Assembly: GCA_026702745.1 (NCBI GenBank)
Contig: JAPPBT010000058.1
Span: 72,408-136,407 of the forward strand
Length of the DNA stretch: 64,000 nt
Source: Gemmatimonadota bacterium
GTDB lineage: Bacteria; JAAXHH01
Reading direction: 5' to 3'
The position numbers and the translations under genes are program-made. Shown here one piece after another: positions 45,023 to 54,378 of this stretch. Under the pieces are notes generated by a model. The model had not been told where the DNA came from. It did not search any database and saw only the letters and a program-made list of their open reading frames with translations. How positions within the stretch are numbered: the stretch's first letter is position 1; the number at the start of each line of letters is the position of its first letter.

Positions 45023-46117
45023 CTATCGGTCCGCCCTGTGTTTTTCAATCGCATCCATGTTCAGCGCCACGCCTAGCCCTGCCCGGTCGGATATACGGAT
45101 CCGTCCGCCTTCGATCATTTCCGCCGGTTCGATGAGTTCGTGTCTCCACGGTACCTCTCCCCAGGCGTATTCCAGGATCTGAAACCCGGGATGGGCGGCC
45201 ATGGCCTGCACGCCCGCCGCGATGGTCAGCGGTCCGAAGGGTCCGTGCGGCGCGGTGGGAATCCCCCGGCCCTCCGCCATGGCGGCGACCTTCTTCAGTT
45301 CCGATAGCCCACCTACGATCGTTACGTCCGGCATGATCACGTCCATCATTTCCTGGTCCAGGATGGGCCAGAACCCTTCCCTGTACATCAGGCTCTCGCC
45401 TCCGGCCAGCGGAACGTCGATGTGGTCCCTAATGGTCCGGTAGCCTTCGTGGTCTTCATCGGGCACGGGTTCCTCGTACCAGTACAGGTCCAGGTCCTTC
45501 AGCGCGTCGAAGACCTCGCACCCGCCCCGGGCGGTGAAGTGGCTGTGGCAGTCGATGAGCAGGGACACGTCCGGACCGATGGCGGCGCGCACCGCTTCCA
45601 TGCAGGCGATGCCCTCCCGGGCGTCCGAAGCCCGATCGATACCGGCAGGCATCCCGTCGAAGGGTGCGAGCTTCACGGCGTCGAATCCGTCCGCGACCGC
45701 GGCGGCTGCGTTCCGGGCGAATCCCGCGGGTGTCCGGTCGGTGGTGGCCCGGTTGAAGTTGGCGTACAGGAGGATTTCATCGCGGCAGCGTCCTCCGATG
45801 AGGTCGGCCACAGGTACGCCCAGGACCTTGCCCTTGATGTCCCACAGGGCCTGGTCGAGGGCGCTCAACGCCATCACTTTCGGCCGGTCGACAGGCGAAG
45901 GGAGGAGTTCGGCCAGGATGCGTTCGATGGCGCCGGGATCGCGTCCGGCCAGCACAGGTTCGGCCTGTTGCAGGAACTCCACGCTACCGGACCTTGCCCC
46001 GCCGGGATTTACCTCGCCGTAACCGGTGATCCCTTCGTCGGTGTGCACCGCCAGGAACGTCCAGTCTCCCCGGTGGTTCACGTGGACAGCGTGGGTCTTC
46101 AGGGCGGTTATCTTCAT
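45023..46117 (-). CDS. Enolase-superfamily enzyme (mandelate racemase/muconate lactonizing enzyme-like, possible acid-sugar dehydratase)
   Basis: MR/MLE-like N-terminal capping domain and a TIM-barrel region with metal-ligand acidic residues. Confidence 0.7.
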   Translation of the reverse strand: MKITALKTHAVHVNHRGDWTFLAVHTDEGITGYGEVNPGGARSGSVEFLQQAEPVLAGRDPGAIERILAELLPSPVDRPKVMALSALDQALWDIKGKVLGVPVADLIGGRCRDEILLYANFNRATTDRTPAGFARNAAAAVADGFDAVKLAPFDGMPAGIDRASDAREGIACMEAVRAAIGPDVSLLIDCHSHFTARGGCEVFDALKDLDLYWYEEPVPDEDHEGYRTIRDHIDVPLAGGESLMYREGFWPILDQEMMDVIMPDVTIVGGLSELKKVAAMAEGRGIPTAPHGPFGPLTIAAGVQAMAAHPGFQILEYAWGEVPWRHELIEPAEMIEGGRIRISDRAGLGVALNMDAIEKHRADR

Positions 46118-46170
46118 GATCTAACGCTATATTCTGTCATTGATTACGGCAACGCATTTGTTTATATAAC

Positions 46171-46240
46171 GCCTTGGCCGGGGCGTTCGGCTATGCCTTG
46201 GCCGGGGCGTTCGGCTATGCCTTGGCCGGGGCGGTGGCAG
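46171..46240. repeat. 24-bp tandem repeat x2.9 (gccttggccggggcgttcggctat) in the divergent promoter region between the enolase-family gene and the SDR gene
   Basis: Period of 24 bp measured from copy starts at 46171, 46195 and 46219. Confidence 0.85.
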
Positions 46241-46341
46241 TTGGTAACTTGTGACTCCGGCAATGTATCCACGAAACAGGAGAACATTTACGGACAGGGA
46301 TCCGACAGCGGACAGGGAATCGATTCGACGAAGGGAGTGGC

Positions 46342-47046
46342 ATGAGTACGCAACGCGCAGCGGTCATTACGGGAGCGGGACGCGGCATGGGAGCGGCCAT
46401 CGCGAGGAACCTGGCCGGCCAGGGGTGGGCTGTCTCGCTGCTTTCCCCCTCCGGTGCGGCGGAATCGCTCGCCGGCGAACTGGGCGGCATCGGCGTGACG
46501 GGATCCGTCACGGACCAGGCCGACCTGAAGAAACTGGTGGACCAGACCATGGACGCCCACGGCCGCATCGACGGCGTCGTCAACAGCACCGGGCATCCGC
46601 CCAAGGGCAGTCTCCTGGACATACCGGACGAAGACTGGCACGAGGGACTGGACATCGTGTTTCTCAACGTGGTCCGCATGGCGCGCCTCGTCACGCCGAT
46701 CATGGTTGAACAGGGCGGTGGATCCATCGTGAACATCTCGACCTACGCCGCTTTCGAACCGGAGCATTACTTTCCCGTATCGACTGCTTTCCGGGCAGCC
46801 CTGGCGAGTTATACGAAGATCTACGCCGACAACCACGCCGGGGACAACATCCGGATGAACAACATCCTGCCGGGGTTCATCAACAGCCTCCCGGAATCGG
46901 AGGCCTTCAGGTCGCGCATACCCATGGGACGCTACGGCACCGTGGAAGAGATCGCGGAAACGGCCGCTTTCCTGCTGTCGCCCGGATCCGGCTATATCAC
47001 CGGCCAGAACCTGCGCGTCGACGGAGGCATCACGCGGTCGGTCTGA
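46342..47046 (+). CDS. Short-chain dehydrogenase/reductase (SDR)
   Basis: TGAGRGMG cofactor motif; YxxxK region degenerate. Confidence 0.75.
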   Translation: MSTQRAAVITGAGRGMGAAIARNLAGQGWAVSLLSPSGAAESLAGELGGIGVTGSVTDQADLKKLVDQTMDAHGRIDGVVNSTGHPPKGSLLDIPDEDWHEGLDIVFLNVVRMARLVTPIMVEQGGGSIVNISTYAAFEPEHYFPVSTAFRAALASYTKIYADNHAGDNIRMNNILPGFINSLPESEAFRSRIPMGRYGTVEEIAETAAFLLSPGSGYITGQNLRVDGGITRSV

Positions 47047-47067
47047 GCGATCCGAACAGGGGAGATC

Positions 47068-47808
47068 ATGGAACAGGCCGACCTGGCGTTTTTTCGTCAG
47101 AACGGATTCATAAACCTCGGGAAGGTCCTGGGCGACGAGGAGGTGGATCGTTTTCTGAATTTCTTCGACGAGGACCGCCGCAAATACCCCTATTTCTGGC
47201 ATCCCTACGGCCACCACCAGGAGGCCAACTACGACGCCCTCGTCACCACGCCGGCCTTCGACGGACTGATCCGCCATCCCGCTGTCTACGGCACCATCGA
47301 GGAACTGATGGGCGGTCCGCTCTGTTTCGGAGAAATCGGGCTGCGATCTATGGGACCGTACAAGGGCGAATTCCACCAGCGCTGGCACCGCGACAAGGCC
47401 CACTGGCTCGACCATCCCCTCCGCATGGACTACATCCAGCTCATGGTCTATTTCACCGACGTGGATGAAGATACCCACTGCTTCTCCATCTCGCCCGAAG
47501 GGATCGATCAGCCTGTTCTGAAGGAGAGCAGCGCGCAGCTGGAGCGGGGCGTCTACGACCTCCATGGACCCGCGGGCACCTGCGCGTTGTTCAACGTATC
47601 GGTGCTCCATACGGCCACCACGCGTCCCACGCGGGCCGTGCGGAAGACCGCCCAGATCTACTACGGCCACCGGGACCGGGATCCGCTGGCCAATGATTCG
47701 GGGATTCCCGCCGCCCTCTGGCGGGACAGCGACGACCCGGAGACCCGGGCCTTCTACGGCGTCCTGAACGAACGCACCAGGCTTTACATGGCGGCTTTTG
47801 GAAGGTAG
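47068..47808 (+). CDS. Phytanoyl-CoA dioxygenase (PhyH) family oxygenase
   Basis: PhyH-like sequence, 246 aa. Confidence 0.65.
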   Translation: MEQADLAFFRQNGFINLGKVLGDEEVDRFLNFFDEDRRKYPYFWHPYGHHQEANYDALVTTPAFDGLIRHPAVYGTIEELMGGPLCFGEIGLRSMGPYKGEFHQRWHRDKAHWLDHPLRMDYIQLMVYFTDVDEDTHCFSISPEGIDQPVLKESSAQLERGVYDLHGPAGTCALFNVSVLHTATTRPTRAVRKTAQIYYGHRDRDPLANDSGIPAALWRDSDDPETRAFYGVLNERTRLYMAAFGR

Positions 47809-47826
47809 GCGGGGAACGCTTCATAT

Positions 47827-48267
47827 TTACTTAGCGGTCCTGCCCTCGAGCCATACCTCGATGTGATGCGCGAAAGTTTCGAATTCGCTCAGACGCGTGC
47901 CCAGAATCTGCTCTATCACGTCGAGATCAACATCCAGATAACCATGCACGAGCACGTTGCGGAATCCCGCCACATTGCGAAAAACCGACGTAAAACCGGC
48001 AGGCAGGACGCCCAACTCCGCCAACCGGTCAATAGCCGTGGCATAGTCCGGCGCGTCAAGACCGGCTGACGACGATAGATGAGTCGCCACGTCGATCGCG
48101 TTCTGCGTACACAGTTGAAGGCCTCTTTCGACCATCCAGCGTAGGTCGGAATCCGCGCGCAACCGTGTGGCAGACACATCCGAATGTTGTTGCAGATTGG
48201 CCACTGCGCGTCTCAGCTCGGCCAGGTGCCGACGCACGACGACCAAATCAAGGCGCCCTCCGGTCAC
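47827..48267 (-). CDS. hepT: HepT-like (DUF86) RNase toxin of a HepT/MntA toxin-antitoxin pair
   Basis: Rx4HxY motif FRNVLVHGY; GTG start overlaps the mntA TGA (GTGA). Confidence 0.6.
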   Translation of the reverse strand: MTGGRLDLVVVRRHLAELRRAVANLQQHSDVSATRLRADSDLRWMVERGLQLCTQNAIDVATHLSSSAGLDAPDYATAIDRLAELGVLPAGFTSVFRNVAGFRNVLVHGYLDVDLDVIEQILGTRLSEFETFAHHIEVWLEGRTAK

Positions 48268-48716
48268 GATCCACTCCGGGCGGCAGAAGACCGCGCCGCT
48301 TCCATTTTCGCAAGCTGGGGAACGAAGTCGCAATACCGGGAGACCGCCTGTCCCTCGCGCGTCGTCGTCGCGGCCAGGTCTCGCGAAAGAACGCGTAATC
48401 CGTCGCGAAGCACGTGATAGTACAGCACCGGAGGCGCGTGGTTGAGGATCAGGAGATCGACGCCGTTGTCCCGAAGGCCTTCTATGAGCACGGTCGAGAG
48501 TTCTGCCCGCAGGCCGAAGCCGCTCCGGTCTTCGTGTGCCTCGTCAATGTAGACGGCTACGTCGATATCGCTGTGAAGTTGCGCCCCGCCCCGCGCGTGA
48601 GAACCGAACAGGTAGGCCTCGAGTACTTCCTGTCGGGATTCCAGCAAGCCCGCAATGCGCGGGCCCAGGGATCCATTATCGACATCCATGTTGTCAACAC
48701 CCTGATTATCATGCAT
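48264..48716 (-). CDS. mntA: MntA-like minimal nucleotidyltransferase antitoxin
   Basis: GSxxxG...SDIDV motif (LFGSHARGGAQLHSDIDVAVY). Confidence 0.6.
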   Translation of the reverse strand: MHDNQGVDNMDVDNGSLGPRIAGLLESRQEVLEAYLFGSHARGGAQLHSDIDVAVYIDEAHEDRSGFGLRAELSTVLIEGLRDNGVDLLILNHAPPVLYYHVLRDGLRVLSRDLAATTTREGQAVSRYCDFVPQLAKMEAARSSAARSGS

Positions 48717-48870
48717 CGCCTTTGCCTTCCCATTCGTTAGCAACTAGCCAGACTCGGATGAGCACCAAAGCTAGAATCGTCTGACGAACAGACCGGACAA
48801 TCGAACAAATCCTTGCGTTAATATACGACCGTTCCAACCACCGGGCAATGTATCAGATCCACCGATTCCG

Positions 48871-49293
48871 TCAGACGAACTCCAGGTCGCCGGCGTCATT
48901 GATCCGCCGATAGTAGCAACCGATCCGGTACTGGCCATCGCTGTCCTTCGTGTGACAGGCTCCGCCGCCCTGGGGGGTCACGAGATAGACCACGGAATTC
49001 TGCTCGCAGTTAATGCGGACTTCATCGATTCCCAGCGCGTTTCCAGACGTGGCGCCCTTGACCCACAGCTCGTTCCGCGAAGTACTCCAGAACGTGGCGA
49101 TCCCGGTCTTCAGGGATTCGTCCAGGGCCAGGCGATTGATGTAGGCCAGGATCAACACTTCCTTCGTGGTCGAATCCTGCACGACTACCGGCAGCACGTC
49201 CTCCTCGATGCCCGCGATCTGCCTGAGTTTCGAGAAATCGAGCGTCTCCTTCGAACCCTCTTCCAGGTGATCGGATCCTGATGATGTCGTCAT
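48871..49293 (-). CDS. hisI: Phosphoribosyl-AMP cyclohydrolase
   Basis: HisI-like sequence with Cys ligands; 140 aa. Confidence 0.8.
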   Translation of the reverse strand: MTTSSGSDHLEEGSKETLDFSKLRQIAGIEEDVLPVVVQDSTTKEVLILAYINRLALDESLKTGIATFWSTSRNELWVKGATSGNALGIDEVRINCEQNSVVYLVTPQGGGACHTKDSDGQYRIGCYYRRINDAGDLEFV

Positions 49294-49387
49294 TTTTTCT
49301 CCAAGTGTCTACAAAGTATCTACAAGAGTGCAATCGTGAGAGGACGGCGCAGGGATTGGAGGCCAGATCAGATGCGCCAGTGATCAT

Positions 49388-50137
49388 CTACAGAAGATGG
49401 TCGTCTGCCGCATGACGTGCGCCGACGCCCTTCTGCATGCGCATTAGCTGCTTCTGCCGGGGTGACAGCCCTTCGAACCACTCGTCCCGGAAACCGTCGT
49501 GGGGATCGAGTTGGAAGAGGAGCATGGACTTGCGGTAATGCCCGAACAGGGCGTGCCGGTTGCGGTCGGTGGTATTCGCTCCGCCGCCGTGCCAGCACTG
49601 TCCGTTGAAGATCAGCACGCTGCCCGCGGAAGCCTCGGGCTGGTAGACGTGCGGCACCTCCATGCCCTCCGGCGGACCGGCCCACCCGCTTTTGTGCGAA
49701 CCGGGAACGATCCGCGTACCGCCGATCTCCGCATCGAAATCGTCCAGCATCCAGATGGTGTTCATCATCACGGGAGAAACCGGGTTCAGCATGTGCTGAG
49801 GGATGTCGCTGTGGAAATCCTGGTAACCGTCCCCCGGCCGCACGATGCGGGAGCTCAGGCTGCCCAGCACGAGGGTCTTGTCCAGCACCCGTTCCAGGAC
49901 GGGCAGGATGACAGGATGATCGATGACCTGGAGGAACACCGGATTCAGGGTGGGCAGGTTCCGCACCAGCAGCGACGTGCCTCCGCGGTTCTCGTAACCG
50001 GCCTCGCCGTGTGCCGCGGCGACGCGGAGCAACGCCTCGCGAAACGTGTGTACCTGGGACGCCGTCAGCACGTCGGGCAACAGCGTGAAGCCGAAGGTGT
50101 CGATTTCGGCGAGGGCCTGTTCGAATGCATCCATCAA
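49388..50137 (-). CDS. Phytanoyl-CoA dioxygenase (PhyH) family oxygenase
   Basis: PhyH-like; HSD...H pattern (FHSDIPQH ... WHGGGAN). Confidence 0.65.
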   Translation of the reverse strand: MMDAFEQALAEIDTFGFTLLPDVLTASQVHTFREALLRVAAAHGEAGYENRGGTSLLVRNLPTLNPVFLQVIDHPVILPVLERVLDKTLVLGSLSSRIVRPGDGYQDFHSDIPQHMLNPVSPVMMNTIWMLDDFDAEIGGTRIVPGSHKSGWAGPPEGMEVPHVYQPEASAGSVLIFNGQCWHGGGANTTDRNRHALFGHYRKSMLLFQLDPHDGFRDEWFEGLSPRQKQLMRMQKGVGARHAADDHLL

Positions 50138-50955
50138 TCGCTACCAATGGTGCGCTTGAGATAGGCCTTCAGCCGCTCCCAGGCGTCCAGCGCGGGTTCT
50201 TCGTTCTTCGGATCGCGCTCCACGTACAGCCAGAACCCGTGGTTGACGTCGTCGTAGATGTGCACGTCGTTCTCCACGCCGGCCTGGCGAAGCGCGGCGA
50301 CGAAGCTCTCCACCTGTTCGGGCGAGGGACCGCGGTCGAGTCCGGCGAAGGTCCCGTATATCTCGTGGTGAATGGCGCTGAGTCTTTCGGGATCGTCGAG
50401 CAGGCGTCCGTAGAAGATGGCGGTGGCGTCATGGTTCTCGCCGCCCAGGGCGTAGCTCAGGGCGACTCCGCCGCCGTAGCACCAGCCCATGGCACCGATC
50501 TTGCCGTTCACGTCCGGCCGCGATCTCAGGTAGGCCGCCGCCGCGTCCAGGTTGCGGATGATCTTGTCCATGTCGTCCAGCGTTTCCCGCACGAGCGCCA
50601 TGTTCTCGTCGCGGTTGCTTCCCGTTCGGCCCGAATACAGGTCGGCCGCCAGGGCGACGTAGCCCTCCGCGGCCAGCGCGTCGGCCACCTGCCTGACGCG
50701 GTCCACGAGGCCGTTCCATTCGTGGATCAGTATGACGGCGCCCCGGGGACCCGGCCCTTCCGGTTCCGCGAGATAACCCCTGGTCGCCTGGTCTTCATCG
50801 AAATAAGCCAGGTCGCCGCCGCGGGGTGCGCCGGCCTTGCCGAGAATGGCTTCGGGGATCTCGCTTTCGGACGTCGGCGCGTACGGTATCTGCTGCCCGT
50901 GGATCGCCAGCGCCGCAACGGCAAGTATGATGCACGCAACGTACGCAACGGGCAT
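50134..50955 (-). CDS. Dienelactone hydrolase family protein, secreted
   Basis: Signal peptide from MPVAYVACIIL..., DLH-like GWCYGG nucleophile elbow; ATGA overlap with the downstream PhyH gene. Confidence 0.7.
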   Translation of the reverse strand: MPVAYVACIILAVAALAIHGQQIPYAPTSESEIPEAILGKAGAPRGGDLAYFDEDQATRGYLAEPEGPGPRGAVILIHEWNGLVDRVRQVADALAAEGYVALAADLYSGRTGSNRDENMALVRETLDDMDKIIRNLDAAAAYLRSRPDVNGKIGAMGWCYGGGVALSYALGGENHDATAIFYGRLLDDPERLSAIHHEIYGTFAGLDRGPSPEQVESFVAALRQAGVENDVHIYDDVNHGFWLYVERDPKNEEPALDAWERLKAYLKRTIGSD

Positions 50956-51183
50956 CGAATATCGCCTGCTGGATGTTATTCCTGCCATGATGTTTACCTC
51001 TCATTCAAACGGGGAGGCCCTGCTCCGAAAGCACGGATTGGAAGCCTCGCGGGTATTTACTGTTTTCCATGAACAACGGGTTTCAATATACTTATCGAGA
51101 CATTGCGAATCAATCGTGAAATGCTACGTGTAATCTTTGTGTCGGCCACCCTCTAAATCGCGAGATGCCCTGCGGGAGAACCC

Positions 51184-51939
51184 ATGAAAAACAAGCTGAA
51201 AGAGAAGCTGCGCAACGGTGAAGTGACCTACGGCATATCTGTCGGCACCCCCAGTAACGACATCGTGGAGCTGGCGTCGAACCTGGCCTTCGACTGGATC
51301 TGGTTCGACGGAGAACACGGTCCGTTGAATGCCGAGATCCTTCATCCCATGATCCAGGCGACCCGGGGCCGGGACGTCACTCCGCTCGTCCGCGTGCCGT
51401 GGAACGACATGGTGCATATCAAGAAGGCGCTGGACATCGGGGCGGAAGGCCTGATCATTCCCTGGGTCAACAACCGGGAGCAGGCGGAGTACGCCGTCCG
51501 CGCGGCCAAGTATCCGCCCATGGGCATCCGCGGAATGGGCGCCCGGTTCCTGAATACCGCGGGACTGGATCTGGCCGAATACCTCCGCACCGCCAACGAA
51601 GAAACCTTCATCATGGTCCAGATCGAAACCGTCGAAGCCGTGGACAACCTGGACGAAATTCTCACCACGCCCGGCGTCGATGCATTCCTGGTCGGGCCGA
51701 ACGACCTCGCGGCCTCCCATGGATACGTGGGCCAGCCGACGCACCCGGAGATGGAGAAAGTCGTCAAGGGGATCATGGACCGGGGAAAGGAACTCGGCGT
51801 GCCCGGCGGATACGCGTTCATCTCGATGGACGCCAACCGGAAGCGGATAGAAGAGGGCTTCCAGTGGATCACCCTCGGAAGCGATATGGGGTTCCTGGCC
51901 CAGGCGGCCCGGGCGGCACTCGCGGAGGTCGGCAGGTAG
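51184..51939 (+). CDS. HpcH/HpaI-family 2-keto-3-deoxy-acid aldolase
   Basis: HpcH-like sequence (VRVPWNDMVHIKKALDIGAEGLIIPWV..., ETVEAVDNLDEIL). Confidence 0.75.
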   Translation: MKNKLKEKLRNGEVTYGISVGTPSNDIVELASNLAFDWIWFDGEHGPLNAEILHPMIQATRGRDVTPLVRVPWNDMVHIKKALDIGAEGLIIPWVNNREQAEYAVRAAKYPPMGIRGMGARFLNTAGLDLAEYLRTANEETFIMVQIETVEAVDNLDEILTTPGVDAFLVGPNDLAASHGYVGQPTHPEMEKVVKGIMDRGKELGVPGGYAFISMDANRKRIEEGFQWITLGSDMGFLAQAARAALAEVGR

Positions 51940-51948
51940 CTTTTCGGA

Positions 51949-53292
51949 TCAGTCCTCGTTCCGGTCTTTCGAAAGCCGCCGTCGAATGGCCATGGCGTGG
52001 GCGGACAGGCCTTCGGCATCCGCGAGCCGGATCGCGGACGGTCCCAATCGTTTCTCGGCCCGTTCGTTGACCGCGAACAGGCTGGTGATCTTCAGGAAGT
52101 CCCGGACGCTCAAGGGCGAGTGGAACCGGGCGCTGCCCCCGGTGGGCATGATGTGGCTGGGGCCGGTAACGTAGTCGCCCAGGGCCTCGGAGGAATGTTC
52201 TCCCACGAAGATCCCCCCGGCGTTTTGAATCCCGTCCACCAGCGGCCAGGGATACGCCACCAGCAGGCACAGGTGCTCTGGCGCGTAGGCATTGGCCAGT
52301 TCGGCCGCCTCTTCCAGACTCGATACAAGCACGATCCCTCCGTGCTGCACCAGGGAAGAACGGATGGTGTCCGCTCGGTCCAGTTCGGTCAGTTGCTCCT
52401 CCACGGCCTGTTGCACCGCCAGGGCCAGCGTGGACGACGGCGTGATCAATAGGGCGCTCGCCATCGTATCGTGCTCGGCCTGCGCCAGCAGGTCGGCCGC
52501 CGCGAGGTCCGGGCTGGCCGTCTCGTCGGCGATGAGCAGGGTCTCGGTGGGGCCGGCGAGCTGGTCGATATCCACGATCCCGTACACCAGGCGCTTGGCC
52601 ACGGTCACGTACACGTTTCCCGGACCCACGATCTTGTCGACGCGTGGAACCGTCGCGGTGCCGTGGGCCATCGCCGCGATCGCCTGGGCGCCGCCGATGC
52701 GGTAGACCGCGTCCACACCCGCTACGGAGGCCGCGGCCAGCACGACGGGCGGAACCGCGCCGTCTCTTCCGGGAGGCGTGGCCACGACCACATTCCGTAC
52801 ACCCGCTACCCGGGCGGGGATCACGGCCATCAGCAGCGAGGAAGGATAGGCCGCGCCTCCGCCGGGCACGTAGACGCCCACCCGATCCAGCGGCCGGACG
52901 ATCTGGCCGGTGCCGCCCTCTTCATCCCAGTGCGTCCAGGACCCGGCCGGCTGGCGCGCTTGAAATGACCGAATGCGCTCAGCCGCGGTTTCCAGGGCAT
53001 CGCGCAAATCGGAAGGCAGCGATTCGGCCGCCTCGTCGATTTCGGACCGGGGGACCTCGAAGGCGTCAGGAGCGCTTCCGTCCAGCAGCCGGGCGTACCG
53101 CCTGATCGCATCATCCCCGCTGTTTCTGACGTCGTCGATGATGCGGGCTACCGCCTTTTCCGCCGTCAGTGGCTCGCCGAACAGTTTCCTGTTCCGTGCT
53201 TCGATTTCCGGTGCGTGCATGGCCTCGTTCAGCGGACGCCTCCGCAGGATACTCGACTTGGCCTCTTCGGCGGACATTATCCGGATGTTCAT
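51949..53292 (-). CDS. hisD: Histidinol dehydrogenase
   Basis: HisD-like throughout (e.g. IGGAQAIAAMAHGT); 447 aa. Confidence 0.85.
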   Translation of the reverse strand: MNIRIMSAEEAKSSILRRRPLNEAMHAPEIEARNRKLFGEPLTAEKAVARIIDDVRNSGDDAIRRYARLLDGSAPDAFEVPRSEIDEAAESLPSDLRDALETAAERIRSFQARQPAGSWTHWDEEGGTGQIVRPLDRVGVYVPGGGAAYPSSLLMAVIPARVAGVRNVVVATPPGRDGAVPPVVLAAASVAGVDAVYRIGGAQAIAAMAHGTATVPRVDKIVGPGNVYVTVAKRLVYGIVDIDQLAGPTETLLIADETASPDLAAADLLAQAEHDTMASALLITPSSTLALAVQQAVEEQLTELDRADTIRSSLVQHGGIVLVSSLEEAAELANAYAPEHLCLLVAYPWPLVDGIQNAGGIFVGEHSSEALGDYVTGPSHIMPTGGSARFHSPLSVRDFLKITSLFAVNERAEKRLGPSAIRLADAEGLSAHAMAIRRRLSKDRNED

Positions 53293-53311
53293 CTTCCCCT
53301 CGCTGGTCTGG

Positions 53312-54364
53312 TCATGGGGTATTCCCCTTCGCGGGCCTCAGCGGCGCCAGCGCCTCGAGAATGGGACCGCAACCGAATTTCACGCAGTCCGTCGCCGGGA
53401 GCCCGGTCTCCCTGCTGACCTGGTCCACCTCCCGCCTGGCATCGTCCTGGGACAAGCCGATGCAGTTAAGTGATACGGCCACCACCCGGCAGGGGAACAG
53501 GGGCCGGGCAATGGTCTCGTGGGCTGTGATCATCTCCGCGTAGGACGGCACGGCCACGGGGAGGTTGCGCATCACGTCCCTCCCTGGCTGGTGGCACAGT
53601 ACCAGGGCCTGTGGCGCGACCCCGTGGAGCAGACCGAGCGATACGCCCGAATAGGAAGGATGCAGAATCGTGCCCTGCCCTTCGATGACCAGCAGTTCAC
53701 GGTGCTTGCGTTCCAGCACGAGTCTCTCCGCCGCGCCCGATATGTAGTCCGCCGCCACCGTATCCACCGCGATGCCCGAACCCGCGATCATGATGCCGGT
53801 CTGCCCGGTGGCCACGAACTCGGCGTCCCAGCCCGCCTCGCGGGCCGCGCGGTCGATTTCGATCGCGGCGATCTTCTTGCCGATGCTGGAATCGGCGCCG
53901 ACGGTCAGTACGCGCAGGTTGGGGAGGCCGTGGACCTGGTGCCGCCCCACGTCCAGGTCTCCGGGCGGCTGCCGTACGTCCCACAGCCGCACGCCTTTCT
54001 GCCCGGCATGCCGGGCGAAGGCCTCGTCTTCGTTGAGAAAAGTATGCAGCCCGTTCACCACCTCTAGCCCGTGCTCGATAGCCTCGTGGATGACTTCCCT
54101 CCAGGCATTGGGCAGAACGCCCCCCGGCGTCGCGATGCCGATGACCAGCGAGGTCGGTTCGAAGGCCATCGCTTCCTGAAGCGTCGCCACGATCGGGATG
54201 CCCGTACCCACCTCGAGCACGTCTTCCAGCCGCTTGCCGGCGTACGCACTGTCGAGCACCGCCACGGTCTCGTCGGCCTTATAGCGGACCAGTGACGCGG
54301 CCGTCTTGGAGGAGAACGTGCCCAGTTGGCCCTCGGTGAGAATTACCATTCGCCTGGGTTGCAT
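53312..54364 (-). CDS. DUF1611-family protein (Rossmann-like, uncharacterized)
   Basis: MVILTEGQLGTFSSKTAASLVRY...AVLDSAYAGK N-terminus typical of DUF1611. Confidence 0.55.
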   Translation of the reverse strand: MQPRRMVILTEGQLGTFSSKTAASLVRYKADETVAVLDSAYAGKRLEDVLEVGTGIPIVATLQEAMAFEPTSLVIGIATPGGVLPNAWREVIHEAIEHGLEVVNGLHTFLNEDEAFARHAGQKGVRLWDVRQPPGDLDVGRHQVHGLPNLRVLTVGADSSIGKKIAAIEIDRAAREAGWDAEFVATGQTGIMIAGSGIAVDTVAADYISGAAERLVLERKHRELLVIEGQGTILHPSYSGVSLGLLHGVAPQALVLCHQPGRDVMRNLPVAVPSYAEMITAHETIARPLFPCRVVAVSLNCIGLSQDDARREVDQVSRETGLPATDCVKFGCGPILEALAPLRPAKGNTP

Positions 54365-54378
54365 ATACCCTTCGATCC

